A stretch of 55,318 nucleotides of DNA from Gaiellaceae bacterium (GTDB taxonomy: Bacteria > Actinomycetota > Thermoleophilia > Gaiellales > Gaiellaceae): contig DAIMGZ010000001.1 of NCBI GenBank assembly GCA_036723535.1, positions 1 through 55,318 on the forward strand, given 5' to 3'. The position numbers and the translations under genes are program-made. Below, in pieces: positions 1-8,064 of the stretch. A model generated the notes under the pieces. That model was not told the DNA's origin and ran no database searches. It was given only the letters and a program-made list of their open reading frames with translations. Positions within the stretch are counted from its first letter, which is position 1; the number at the start of each line of letters is the position of its first letter.

Positions 1-52
<52 letters not shown>

Positions 53-69
53 TCGCCCTGTTGCCCTTA

Positions 70-399
70 TTACGCTAGGACATCGCGGATCGCCGCGAGC
101 GGCTCGGGTCTCACGCGGAAGTAGGCCCAGCTGCCGCGCTGCTCGCGCTCGACGAGCCCGGCCTCGAGCAGGACCTTGAGGTGGTGGCTGACGGTCGGCT
201 GCGAGAGACCGAGCGGCGCAGTGAGGTGGCAGACACAGGCCTCGCCGTCGGGTTGCGCCTGAATGAGGCTGAGCAGACGGAGCCGCGCCGGCTCGGCTAA
301 GACCTTGAGCAGCGCGGCGAGACGCTGCGCGTCCGACTGGCCGATCTCGTTCTCGAGGAGCGGAGCGCACTCTGCGGTGAGGACCGTGAGCGGTTTCAC
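70..399 (-). CDS. arsR: ArsR/SmtB family metalloregulator
   Basis: ORF 70..504(-) contains the winged-HTH signature AEPARLRLLSLI...CVCHLTAPLGLSQPTVSHHLKVLLEAGLV. A GTG at 399 gives a typical 109-aa product; the ATG at 504 would overlap arsC. Divergent from arsC. Confidence 0.8.
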   Translation of the reverse strand: MKPLTVLTAECAPLLENEIGQSDAQRLAALLKVLAEPARLRLLSLIQAQPDGEACVCHLTAPLGLSQPTVSHHLKVLLEAGLVEREQRGSWAYFRVRPEPLAAIRDVLA

Positions 400-412
400 G
401 ATGCGAAGGATA

Positions 413-453
413 TTGACAGCGGTCGATGCCACTGGCAAAGATGCACATCGACC
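413..453 (+). promoter_or_regulatory. Candidate ars promoter/operator
   Basis: TTGACA at 413-418, with AAAGAT at 437-442 (18-nt spacing). Perfect 8-bp inverted repeat GGTCGATG (421-428) / CATCGACC (446-453) spans the -10 region between divergent arsR and arsC. Confidence 0.35.
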
Positions 454-478
454 GCCATCGATTCCCGGGAGACAAGTG

Positions 479-1108
479 ATGTCCGAGACGCTCGACCCGA
501 TCACGCGCCACCAGATCGATCACGCCGCGCATGAGCTGCACGAGGAGTTCGCCGGGATCTTTTCGACCGAGACGATCGCCCGATACATCGAGGAGTCGAC
601 CGATCTTTTGAGCGGTGCTCGGATCTCGACCTACATCCCGCTGCTCGTGCATCGGTTCGCGCGCGAGCGACTGCATGCGCTGGCTCAGACGCAGGGCGCC
701 GTTGAGACGACACAGCCGGAAGTGCTGTTCGTCTGCGTGCACAACGCGGGCCGCAGCCAGATGGCAGCAGGCCTCGTCAAGCTCCGCTCCGGCGGCCGCA
801 TCCATGTGCGCTCGGCGGGCTCGGATCCGGCCGATCGGATCAACCCCGCCGTCGTCGAGGCGATGCGCGAGGTGGGCGTGGACATGGCGGAGGAGTTTCC
901 GAAGCCGCTCACCGACGAAGTGGTCCGCGCCGCTGACGTCGTGATCACGATGGGCTGCGGCGACGCCTGTCCGATCTATCCGGGCAAAAAGTACGAGGAC
1001 TGGGAGTTGGACGACCCCGCCGGTCAGGATCTTGCGGCCGTGCGGCAGATCCGCGACGAGATCGATCAACGCGTGCAGCGGCTGGTCGCTGAGCTGCTGC
1101 CCGAGTGA
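479..1108 (+). CDS. arsC: Arsenate reductase, LMW-PTP type, with about 85-aa N-terminal extension
   Basis: ATG at 479 within ORF 263..1108. P-loop CVHNAGRS (CX5R), then MGCGDACP and the DWELDDP motif typical of actinobacterial LMW-PTP ArsC. The N-terminal helical region MSETLDPITRHQIDHAAHELHEEF... precedes the phosphatase fold. Confidence 0.8.
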   Translation: MSETLDPITRHQIDHAAHELHEEFAGIFSTETIARYIEESTDLLSGARISTYIPLLVHRFARERLHALAQTQGAVETTQPEVLFVCVHNAGRSQMAAGLVKLRSGGRIHVRSAGSDPADRINPAVVEAMREVGVDMAEEFPKPLTDEVVRAADVVITMGCGDACPIYPGKKYEDWELDDPAGQDLAAVRQIRDEIDQRVQRLVAELLPE

Positions 1109-1779
1109 CCGACGATTCCGCGTTCGCACGGTCGCTGGTAGCCGAGGCGATCGGCACCTTCTCGCTCGTGTTCGCGGGCTGCGGCGCGATCGTGGTCGAC
1201 GCGAAAACCGGGGCCCTCGGCCACCTCGGGGTCGCGTTCAGCTTCGGGCTCGTGATCATGGTGATGATCTATGCGCTAGGACACATCTCGGGCGCGCACT
1301 TCAACCCGGCCGTCACGTTCGCATTCGCACTGACGCGGCACTTCCCATGGACTCGTACCGCTGCGTATTGGGTCGCACAGCTCGCAGGCGCACTCCTCGC
1401 AGCCGCACTTTTGCGTGGGTCACTCGGCGAGCACGGCCACGACGGCGCGACGCTTCCCAGCGGCTCGCAGGGTCAGGCGTTCCTCTGGGAGCTGGTGCTC
1501 ACCTTCTTCCTCATGTTCGTGATCATGGCCGTCGCGACCGACTCGCGAGCCGTCGGCGAGGCCGCGGCGATCGCGATCGGCGGCACCGTCGGGTTGGACG
1601 CCCTCTTCGGCGGGCCGATCAGCGGCGCCTCGATGAACCCGGCACGGTCGGCCGGCCCCGCAATCGTCTCGGGCGACCTGCACGCGCTCTGGCTCTACGT
1701 CGTCGCGCCTGCGACCGGCGCGGCACTCGCAGGACTCACGTACCAATTCCTGCGCGGCGAGCGAACCCGCCTGGCCTAG
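1105..1779 (+). CDS. MIP family channel (aquaglyceroporin, AqpS-like arsenite channel candidate)
   Basis: Two NPA boxes (HFNPAVT, SMNPARS) and six hydrophobic segments. The GTG start overlaps the arsC stop (GTGA at 1105-1108). Confidence 0.85.
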   Translation: MTDDSAFARSLVAEAIGTFSLVFAGCGAIVVDAKTGALGHLGVAFSFGLVIMVMIYALGHISGAHFNPAVTFAFALTRHFPWTRTAAYWVAQLAGALLAAALLRGSLGEHGHDGATLPSGSQGQAFLWELVLTFFLMFVIMAVATDSRAVGEAAAIAIGGTVGLDALFGGPISGASMNPARSAGPAIVSGDLHALWLYVVAPATGAALAGLTYQFLRGERTRLA

Positions 1780-1810
1780 TCGAGAGCGGCGAGAAGACGC
1801 TCTGGAGAAC

Positions 1811-1999
1811 TCACGGCTGTGGGCTGTGCATGAGTGCCCGCGACCTCGGCAGGCGCTGCCAGGCACGGCGTTGGCACATCGGGCAGGCCGGCAGCTCGCC
1901 CCTCAAGCTGATCCCGTAGCCACACTTGAGACAGCGGAACTGGACGGTCTGGACGCTCCGAGCTTCGAGCTCGGCCCGCGGGCTCAGCGTGATCACCAT
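1811..1999 (-). CDS. Small zinc-ribbon protein (CxxC...CPxC)
   Basis: Internal ATG (1999) of ORF 1811..2047 gives MVITLSPRAELEARSVQTVQFRCLKCGYGISLRGELPACPMCQRRAW... with two Cys pairs. Function unknown. Confidence 0.4.
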   Translation of the reverse strand: MVITLSPRAELEARSVQTVQFRCLKCGYGISLRGELPACPMCQRRAWQRLPRSRALMHSPQP

Positions 2000-2106
2000 C
2001 GGCGTCCACCCCGCGATCGGGCGGCACGCCAGCGGACAACCGCCCACCCGCCGATCGCCATGGTCGCGATCGAGGCACCCACCAGGAACGTGATCAGTCC
2101 ACCCAT
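1993..2106 (-). CDS. Possible 37-aa single-TM micro-protein, translationally coupled to the zinc-ribbon ORF
   Basis: Hand translation gives MGGLITFLVGASIATMAIGGWAVVRWRAARSRGGRRW*. Its stop overlaps the ATG of the downstream ORF (ATGGTGA). No clear SD upstream. Confidence 0.2.
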   Translation of the reverse strand: MGGLITFLVGASIATMAIGGWAVVRWRAARSRGGRRW

Positions 2107-2141
2107 GTCAAACGTCCAGACGGGGAGGTGCCGGCGCTCGA

Positions 2142-2165
2142 GAAGGCCCGCGACTGCGGGCCTTC
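2142..2165 (-). terminator. GC-rich hairpin downstream of the ABM-like gene
   Basis: 10-bp stem gaaggcccgc/gcgggccttc with 4-nt loop, 24 nt past the stop at 2189. The T-rich tail is only on the + side (tcttgtt), so it is tail-less on the gene strand. Confidence 0.35.
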
Positions 2166-2188
2166 TCTTGTTCCTCCGAGCCGAAGGC

Positions 2189-2524
2189 TCAGACGAGTGC
2201 CGGCGCCTTCGTCTCGTGCGCGAGCACCTTGCGGGTCATGACCTTGGGCGGATTCGGAACGAGCTCGTTGAGCTTCTCCTCCTGCGTCCACTCGGCAGCG
2301 ACCCGAGTCGAGTCCTCGGCCTGCTCGGAGGTATCGAACAGGCTGGTCGACCTGACGATGCCATCGCCGGCTTCGACCAGGAAGTAGCCCTTGAACCCGG
2401 GAAGCTTGCTCAGCCGCGGGATCAGGCCGTCGTTCACCTTCCGAGTCAGCTCGTCGATGCGGGTCTTATCGATGCCCTCGTAGCGCCTATTGGTGGCATA
2501 CATATGCTGCTCCTCACTGCTCAT
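2189..2524 (-). CDS. ABM/Dabb-like (ferredoxin-fold monooxygenase-like) small protein
   Basis: 111-aa ORF with non-shadow composition: ...LPGFKGYFLVEAGDGIVRSTSLFDTSEQAEDSTRVAAEW..., typical of antibiotic-biosynthesis-monooxygenase-like domains. Confidence 0.6.
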   Translation of the reverse strand: MSSEEQHMYATNRRYEGIDKTRIDELTRKVNDGLIPRLSKLPGFKGYFLVEAGDGIVRSTSLFDTSEQAEDSTRVAAEWTQEEKLNELVPNPPKVMTRKVLAHETKAPALV

Positions 2525-2738
2525 GCTGCAAAGATGGAGAACTCAAGCCGAGCTCTCCTGCTGCACTTAGGCCAGGTTTCGCAAGTCGAAGAGGAAGTTC
2601 GTGGGAGCCTCAGCGGCTTCCGCGCTAGGACCTACGCGCCCAACCACCCTAGCCGCAATCTCGCCTCGCCGTAGGATCACGAACGTCACGGTGGCGCATG
2701 ACTCCGCGGATTAGGCCGCGCGCTACCATTTCGGCATC

Positions 2739-3350
2739 ATGGCCGAGGCCACGATTCGCCATCTCCGTGTCCTGATCGCCAACGAGAAACGCGAGCGGCT
2801 CGAGCTGCTCGCACAGGTCGTGGCCGGGCTCGGGCACGAGGTGATCGCACGCGAGATCCACGTCACGGAGGTCGGCGCGGTGACAGCCAGCGAGCGGCCC
2901 GACGTCGCGCTGGTCGGGCTTGGCCTGCACTCCGAGCATGCGCTCGACCTGATTACCGAGATCGTCCGCGAGTCCTCCTGCCCGGTGATCGCGCTGCTGT
3001 CGGCCAACGACCCCGCCTACGTCCACGAGGCCGCCAAGCGAGGCGTCTTTGCGTACATCGTCGAGGGCAGCCCGGAAGAGTTGCAGAGCGCGATCGACAT
3101 CACACTGCAACGCTTCGCCGAATACCACAGCCTGCAAGGAGCGTTCGGGCGTCGGGCGACGATCGAGCAGGCGAAGGGGATCCTGATGGCCCGCCACGCA
3201 GTCGATGCCGACCGGGCGTTCGACATGCTGCGCGACCACTCGCAGCACAACGGCCACAAACTCGTCGACGTCGCCCAGGCGATCGTCGACAGCCACCTCC
3301 TGCTGCTGCCGCCGCTCGTACAACCTGCCCCGGCCGTACCGGCGACGTAG
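2739..3350 (+). CDS. ANTAR-domain response-regulator-like protein with degenerate (pseudo) receiver
   Basis: C-terminal ANTAR signature RATIEQAKGILMARHAVDADRAFDMLRDHSQHNGHKLVDVAQAIV. N-terminal CheY-like fold in which the phospho-acceptor position reads DVALVGLG (D to G), the acidic pair reads ANE, and the conserved Lys reads E (AYIVEG). Confidence 0.8.
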   Translation: MAEATIRHLRVLIANEKRERLELLAQVVAGLGHEVIAREIHVTEVGAVTASERPDVALVGLGLHSEHALDLITEIVRESSCPVIALLSANDPAYVHEAAKRGVFAYIVEGSPEELQSAIDITLQRFAEYHSLQGAFGRRATIEQAKGILMARHAVDADRAFDMLRDHSQHNGHKLVDVAQAIVDSHLLLLPPLVQPAPAVPAT

Positions 3351-3521
3351 GCGACGGTGTCGCCGGTAACACGCGATGCCGCTTCGGTGGTAGCTTTGAG
3401 GGCCGCGGCGCCTTAGCGATCGGCGCCACGTAGAGTCCTCCCTCAGCAAAGTGGGTTGGAGCCGTATCTGGCCGACCTCAACATCCTGGTCGGCGTCGAC
3501 GGTTCGACCCGGAGGTTGCTG

Positions 3522-3807
3522 ATGGTGGAGATTCGCGTTGCCGTCACAGACGCCGCGCGCGTGCACGGGCTCATGCGACCGTCTCGGCGGGCTCTTCGAC
3601 CGCTCGTCGGTCTCGTTCGACGGAGCGCGAAGAGAAGTTCGCGTTCGTTCCGAGTGGGAATCGCGGTCGGTGGTCGAGGTGATCGACGCCGTCCAGTCGT
3701 GGCTGGCAGCCGACCGCATCGGTCCGGCCACGTTGTCGGTCGGCGATCGCTCCTACACGATGGTCGCCCCGACGGCCCTCGGAGCGCCGAGTGGACAGGC
3801 CGCATGA
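3522..3807 (+). pseudogene. Small conserved-looking hypothetical, apparently frameshifted
   Basis: ATG 3522 has GGAGG 8 nt upstream and gives MVEIRVAVTDAARVHGLM (frame 3). The plausible continuation ...RLGGLFDRSSVSFDGARREVRVRSEWESRSVVEVIDAVQSWLAADRIGPATLSVGDRSYTMV is in frame 1 (ORF 3538..3807). The switch is near 3575-3580. Confidence 0.4.
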
Positions 3808-3876
3808 CCGCGCTCACGCCACAGTTCGTCCCTCTCGGGCCGCTTCCGCCCGGCTAAACCGAACGCGGCCCGGGTG

Positions 3877-3972
3877 CTACTTCCCGCGTGAGGTCTTCTT
3901 CTTCGGCTTCGGCTTTGCCGGCTGGTCCTTGCCCGCCGCCGCGGCCCGTGCCTTCTGCTTCTTCGTCGCCAT
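3877..3972 (-). CDS. Possible 31-aa Lys-rich basic micro-protein
   Basis: Hand translation gives MATKKQKARAAAAGKDQPAKPKPKKKTSRGK*. A GGGTGGG SD-like element lies upstream. Too short for the ORF track. Confidence 0.3.
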   Translation of the reverse strand: MATKKQKARAAAAGKDQPAKPKPKKKTSRGK

Positions 3973-4181
3973 CCGCCCACCCTAGTCGCTGTCCCCTGTG
4001 AGCGCGGGCCGATTCGAGACCGAGAGCCCGGATTGCAGCTAGAATTGCTGGGCTTAGAGCTTGCGCGGAAGCCGCCGAGGCTCCATCTGTCTTCTCTCCG
4101 ACTTGCCTGCCGGCCCGAGTACCACGGCGGACCTGCGACCCAGGTGTCGCCGTCCCGCAAGTCCAACGGTTTGGAGAGTAG

Positions 4182-5177
4182 ATGTCTACGTGGGCAGAGC
4201 CGATCCCCGGCGGGCTTAGCAGCGGCTCGCTGAGCCGGCTCCGCGAATCACAACGAATGCGCCGGGGGCTCGCTGTCGGCTCGATTCTCGTCACGGCCGG
4301 GCTTGCCGTGGTCGCCGCGCGCCACTTCGCGAGCACGCCGTGGCCGTTGTCCGGCGGACAGCCTGGGCTGCTCGTGGCGGCCGGATTGCTGCTGCTCCTC
4401 GCGCAGGGCCTGAAGGCGCTCGGCTGGGGTCGCCTGTTCCGAGGCGCCGAGCGTCCCAGCATGCTCGCCTTGGCGGCGGGCAACGGCGGGGCAGCCCTGG
4501 TCGGGGTCGTTCTGCCGGGTCGGTTCGACGACGCAACACGCGTGGCGGTGGTGCGGCGCTATCCGCGCTGTCCGGCCGGGGTGCGTGTTCTCTGTCTCTC
4601 GCTGGTGATGCTCGGGCTGATCGACAGCGTTGCGCTCGCACCGCTTGCGCTCGCAGGTGCAGTCATCCCCGGCACGGGGCTCGCCGCGCGAGCCGGGCTT
4701 GCCGTCGTGGCGGCCGGCGGCCTTGCAGCGACGGCCGTGATCGTGGCGCTACCGCGGCTGGTGACGATGAAGGCTGTACTGCGTTTTCGGTTGGGCCGGT
4801 GGATGCGGCCGCGAACGACGTCGCTCCGCGCCGCCTCGCAAGCACTCGCGTTCGTGGGGGGCTGCTGGCTCGTTCGCGCTCTGGCCGTGTTCTTGCTGCT
4901 CGGAGGGCTCGGCGTCGGCTTCTCGCTTCCACGGACGCTTCTGTTCATATGCGCCGGCGCGGCCGCCGCCGCGCTACCGATCGGACCTGCCGGAGCAGCG
5001 ACGCAGGTCGGCGCCTCCGGCGCAAGCCTGGTGGCCGCCGGCGTCGGCACGGCGCCCGCCTTCGGGGCCGCCCTCTCGATGGGCGCACTCGGCGTCCTCT
5101 CAGGCACCTTCATCATGGTCCTCGCGGTCGCGTGGACGTCCGCCGCGGCACTCGCACGACGAAGACGTCCGGCATGA
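4182..5177 (+). CDS. Polytopic membrane protein, UPF0104/lysylphosphatidylglycerol-synthase-TM-like (flippase-like)
   Basis: 331 aa with about 8 hydrophobic segments and Gly/Ala-rich helices. The pattern resembles the flippase-like domain family. Confidence 0.65.
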   Translation: MSTWAEPIPGGLSSGSLSRLRESQRMRRGLAVGSILVTAGLAVVAARHFASTPWPLSGGQPGLLVAAGLLLLLAQGLKALGWGRLFRGAERPSMLALAAGNGGAALVGVVLPGRFDDATRVAVVRRYPRCPAGVRVLCLSLVMLGLIDSVALAPLALAGAVIPGTGLAARAGLAVVAAGGLAATAVIVALPRLVTMKAVLRFRLGRWMRPRTTSLRAASQALAFVGGCWLVRALAVFLLLGGLGVGFSLPRTLLFICAGAAAAALPIGPAGAATQVGASGASLVAAGVGTAPAFGAALSMGALGVLSGTFIMVLAVAWTSAAALARRRRPA

Positions 5178-5677
5178 GACTCGCCGTCGGAGACATGGTC
5201 GTCTACCGCTCGCACGGGGCCGGGCCCGTGTCGGCGCGAGAGAGCAGAGTCGTCCTTGGCAGGCGGCAAGAGGTGGTCGTGCTGGCGCTCGCGAGCGGGC
5301 TGCGGGTCGAACTCCCGATCGAGCGCGCGCATGAGCTCTTGCGGCCCCTGGCGGACGAGTCGGACATCTCCCGCGTGCAAGCGGCGCTCGGCGCCGATCG
5401 AGCCCTCAGCCGCGATACCTGGCTCAAGCGTCAGCGAGAGTCCCTCGCGACGCTGAGCGACGGTGATCCGATCGGTCTCGCCCACATCATCCGCGACAGC
5501 GCAAGCCGCCAGGCTGCGCGGCCCGCGAAGGGCAACACTTCACGTCTGTCGGGGTGGGAGCGGGAAATAGCCACAAAGGCCCGCGGGCTTCTCTCGACCG
5601 AGATCGCGTTCGCACGCCACGTCGAGCCGGAAGAAGCGAACTGCTGGATCGACCGGCAACTGGATCGACGCCCGTGA
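5174..5677 (+). CDS. CarD/CdnL/TRCF-RID family RNAP-binding regulator (divergent paralog)
   Basis: ATG overlaps the upstream stop (ATGA 5174-5177). N-terminus MRLAVGDMVVYRSHGAGPV... matches the CarD Tudor-like RID. The C-terminal helical part has ...RLSGWEREIATKARGLL. Confidence 0.75.
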   Translation: MRLAVGDMVVYRSHGAGPVSARESRVVLGRRQEVVVLALASGLRVELPIERAHELLRPLADESDISRVQAALGADRALSRDTWLKRQRESLATLSDGDPIGLAHIIRDSASRQAARPAKGNTSRLSGWEREIATKARGLLSTEIAFARHVEPEEANCWIDRQLDRRP

Positions 5678-5853
5678 GCGACGACCGTGCTGCGGCCGAT
5701 CCCGCGGCGCATCCGCTGCGCTGTTCCCGGTGCATCCGGGCGCCTCGAGATCCGGATGATCGAACGACCTGGGTCACCATCGACGACGACCCGATCTGCC
5801 CCGGCTGCGTGACGCTGAACGATCGCGAGCGGCTGGGGATGGACCGAGATTAG
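5674..5853 (+). CDS. Small zinc-ribbon-like protein
   Basis: GTG overlaps the CarD stop (GTGA 5674-5677). 59 aa with CSRC ... CPGC pairs. Confidence 0.35.
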   Translation: MSDDRAAADPAAHPLRCSRCIRAPRDPDDRTTWVTIDDDPICPGCVTLNDRERLGMDRD

Positions 5854-5880
5854 GTCCAGCGCTCGTTCGGTTGCGGGGCC

Positions 5881-6807
5881 TCAGCTTCCAGGGCCGCGGA
5901 CCGAGACGAAGATCGTGCCGCCGACCGTCTCGTAGACCGAGGCGCAGCGGAGCGAATCGTCCGTGACGGCGTCGAGCTGGTACGTCCGGGCCGACTCCGA
6001 GAGCCCCAGGCCGCTCGCGGCAGCTCGCACCGACGCCACGGCGGCCCGCAGCGATTCGCAGCTCTGCGTGAGCGGACGCAGCTTGTCGGCGAGCTTCTCG
6101 AACGTCGTCTCAGGGCCGGTCGCAGCGTCGCTCGCGATCAGCGTGACGGTCTTGCTCGCCGGATCGACGACGTCGGAGTTCGTGCAGGAGCCCTCGTTCC
6201 GGACGGTGACCGTCCAGCCGGTGAAGCCGAACCGGGCGAGCTTTGCCTCCGCGAGCGCGGTGGCGGCCTTGCCGTCAAGGCAGCTCGCGTTGAGGCCGCT
6301 GATGTAGTCGTCCAGGGAGTCCTGGAGCTGGATCAGCGCGACGTCCTGCGACAGAATGGGCTTCCAGCCCGCAAGCGGCTTCTCGCTGCGCGGGAGGACG
6401 GTGACACCCCCATTGCCGTTGTCGTAGGCGACGAGCGGCGGCGAAGCCGTACCGAGCTCGCGCCGCCATTCGGCCGCGCAATCGCTCGCCGGCTTGCCGG
6501 AGGTTGCCGGGATGATCGTGTCCGTCCCCGCGATCACGCACTCGATGCTCGTGGTCTCCTGCGCGGAGGAGCGGAGGATCGCCCAGGCCGTCGCGGCCGT
6601 CCCCAACACGACGACGACTGCGAGCGCGACCACGAGCGGGCGGCGACGGCGCGTCGCGTGCCGAATCCGTCCCGGGCGGCCGACCGGCAGGCGCGTCACT
6701 CCCCCGAGCAGCTCCTCGCGGCCGGCGGCGCCGAAGACGGCGGCGGCTGCCACGTCGGAAACGGGCGAAAGCCGCCGCAGCGAATCGATCGAGCTACGTC
6801 CACTCAT
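5881..6807 (-). CDS. Anti-sigma factor-like membrane protein
   Basis: Overlaps the stop of the upstream ECF sigma gene by 14 nt. Short cytoplasmic N-terminus, one TM (PLVVALAVVVVLGTAATAWAIL), then an extracytoplasmic Cys-containing domain. Confidence 0.7.
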   Translation of the reverse strand: MSGRSSIDSLRRLSPVSDVAAAAVFGAAGREELLGGVTRLPVGRPGRIRHATRRRRPLVVALAVVVVLGTAATAWAILRSSAQETTSIECVIAGTDTIIPATSGKPASDCAAEWRRELGTASPPLVAYDNGNGGVTVLPRSEKPLAGWKPILSQDVALIQLQDSLDDYISGLNASCLDGKAATALAEAKLARFGFTGWTVTVRNEGSCTNSDVVDPASKTVTLIASDAATGPETTFEKLADKLRPLTQSCESLRAAVASVRAAASGLGLSESARTYQLDAVTDDSLRCASVYETVGGTIFVSVRGPGS

Positions 6808-7387
6808 GCTCTTCTCCTCCGGTGAGTCGGAGCGGCGCTGGCGCTCCCGTTTTCTCGTCGAGCGCCTCGCGCAGGCGCCTACGCGCGCGGTGCAGGCGGA
6901 GCCGGACCGTGGCGCGATTCGTCCCGAGGACGACGGCGATCTCTGCCCTCGTCAGGCCCTCCCAGGCGACAAGGGAGAGAAGCTCGCGGTCGGATTCGTT
7001 CAAGTTGGCGAAGGCGCGCGCGAGCTCGTTCGTGGCTTCGTCTGGGCGGGCCGTTTCGAGGGCCGCGTGATCGACGTTCGCCGCCAGCCGCTCGCCGAGC
7101 GCGCTACGCCTGCCCTCGCCGCGGCGCTGGTTCGCGATGACGCGCCGCGCCACACCGAACAGCCATGGCCGCAGCTCGGCGTCCTGCGGGCAGGCGTCGA
7201 AGCGTCGCCACAGCGTGGCGAAGGTTTCTGCGATCACCTCCGCGGCGTCTTCGGGCTCGCGGACCCGGCGCAGGGCATAGCCGCAGATCGGCGCATACAG
7301 CTCGCGATAGACCGCCTCGAAACGTTCGCGGCGCTCGGCGACCCCGTCGGCCATCACGCCATCCTGCTTGCGAGCGCTGCCGTGCAC
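6794..7387 (-). CDS. ECF (group IV) sigma-70 factor
   Basis: Region 2 (FEAVYRELYAPICGYALRRV...DAAEVIAETF) and region 4 HTH (LLSLVAWEGLTRAEIAVVLGTNRATVRLRLHRARRRL). The start may be the internal ATG at 7354. Confidence 0.85.
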   Translation of the reverse strand: MHGSARKQDGVMADGVAERRERFEAVYRELYAPICGYALRRVREPEDAAEVIAETFATLWRRFDACPQDAELRPWLFGVARRVIANQRRGEGRRSALGERLAANVDHAALETARPDEATNELARAFANLNESDRELLSLVAWEGLTRAEIAVVLGTNRATVRLRLHRARRRLREALDEKTGAPAPLRLTGGEEHEWT

Positions 7388-7476
7388 AACCGGAACATGT
7401 CCGGCTCGGGCCGCAGCGTTTCAGGTCGCGCAAACGCGGGCCCGGCCGCCGCCGGGCCCGCGTCTTCCATCGGAGC

Positions 7477-7905
7477 TCAGTTCACGGATCCGGACGGTGG
7501 CGCTCCACCCCAGCCGCCGCGGCGGGCCATGACGTTGAAGGAGCTGTCGAGGTGGATCTCGACAGTGCTGCCGTCCGACTTCGTCACGGTCACCTCGTAG
7601 CCGTTGCCGAAGTAGTCGGTCGTGACGTCGCCGGCCGTGCCTCCGCCGGCGGCGTTGACCGCGGCGGCTTGCGCCTTCGTCGCCGCGTCGCCGGTGACCG
7701 GCTTTTCCGCGTCCTCGTGCGCGGCGGTGCCCGGCGCAGGCATGTTCCTCAGCGCCGGCGGTGGATGTCCGGGCCTCGTGGCCGTGGTCGTCGTCGCCGA
7801 TGTGCCGGAGTGCGACGTTGCGGCGCCGGCGACCGCTGCCCCGCCGACGGCGGCTCCGGTGAGGGCGGCCACGCCGAGTGCGAGCTTCTTGACCTTGCTG
7901 AGCAT
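7477..7905 (-). CDS. Secreted PepSY-like domain protein
   Basis: Internal ATG (7905) gives signal peptide MLSKVKKLALGVAALTGAAVGGAAVAGA, then a C-terminal ...DYFGNGYEVTVTKSDGSTVEIHLD PepSY-like beta-motif. Divergent from the two-component pair, which is a common arrangement. Confidence 0.65.
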   Translation of the reverse strand: MLSKVKKLALGVAALTGAAVGGAAVAGAATSHSGTSATTTTATRPGHPPPALRNMPAPGTAAHEDAEKPVTGDAATKAQAAAVNAAGGGTAGDVTTDYFGNGYEVTVTKSDGSTVEIHLDSSFNVMARRGGWGGAPPSGSVN

Positions 7906-8064
7906 GGGTGCTCCTTTTCGATCGACCGGGATTTCCCGGGTTCGGGAACCACGGTGCAGGCGCCGGGTTGGAGGACGCTTCGGCGTCGCTGGGAAGGTGC
8001 TGAGGATGGAATACCCGGGCGTTTTCCCAGGAGATTCACAGCACGCCGTGTCAAGGTTGGGGGC

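Noticed and set aside
3351-3521. A canonical ANTAR dual-hexaloop target between the ANTAR gene and the small ORF.
   Set aside because: The hairpins present have 3-, 4-, 9- and 10-nt loops. I could not find two tandem hexaloop stems with the A1/G4 pattern.
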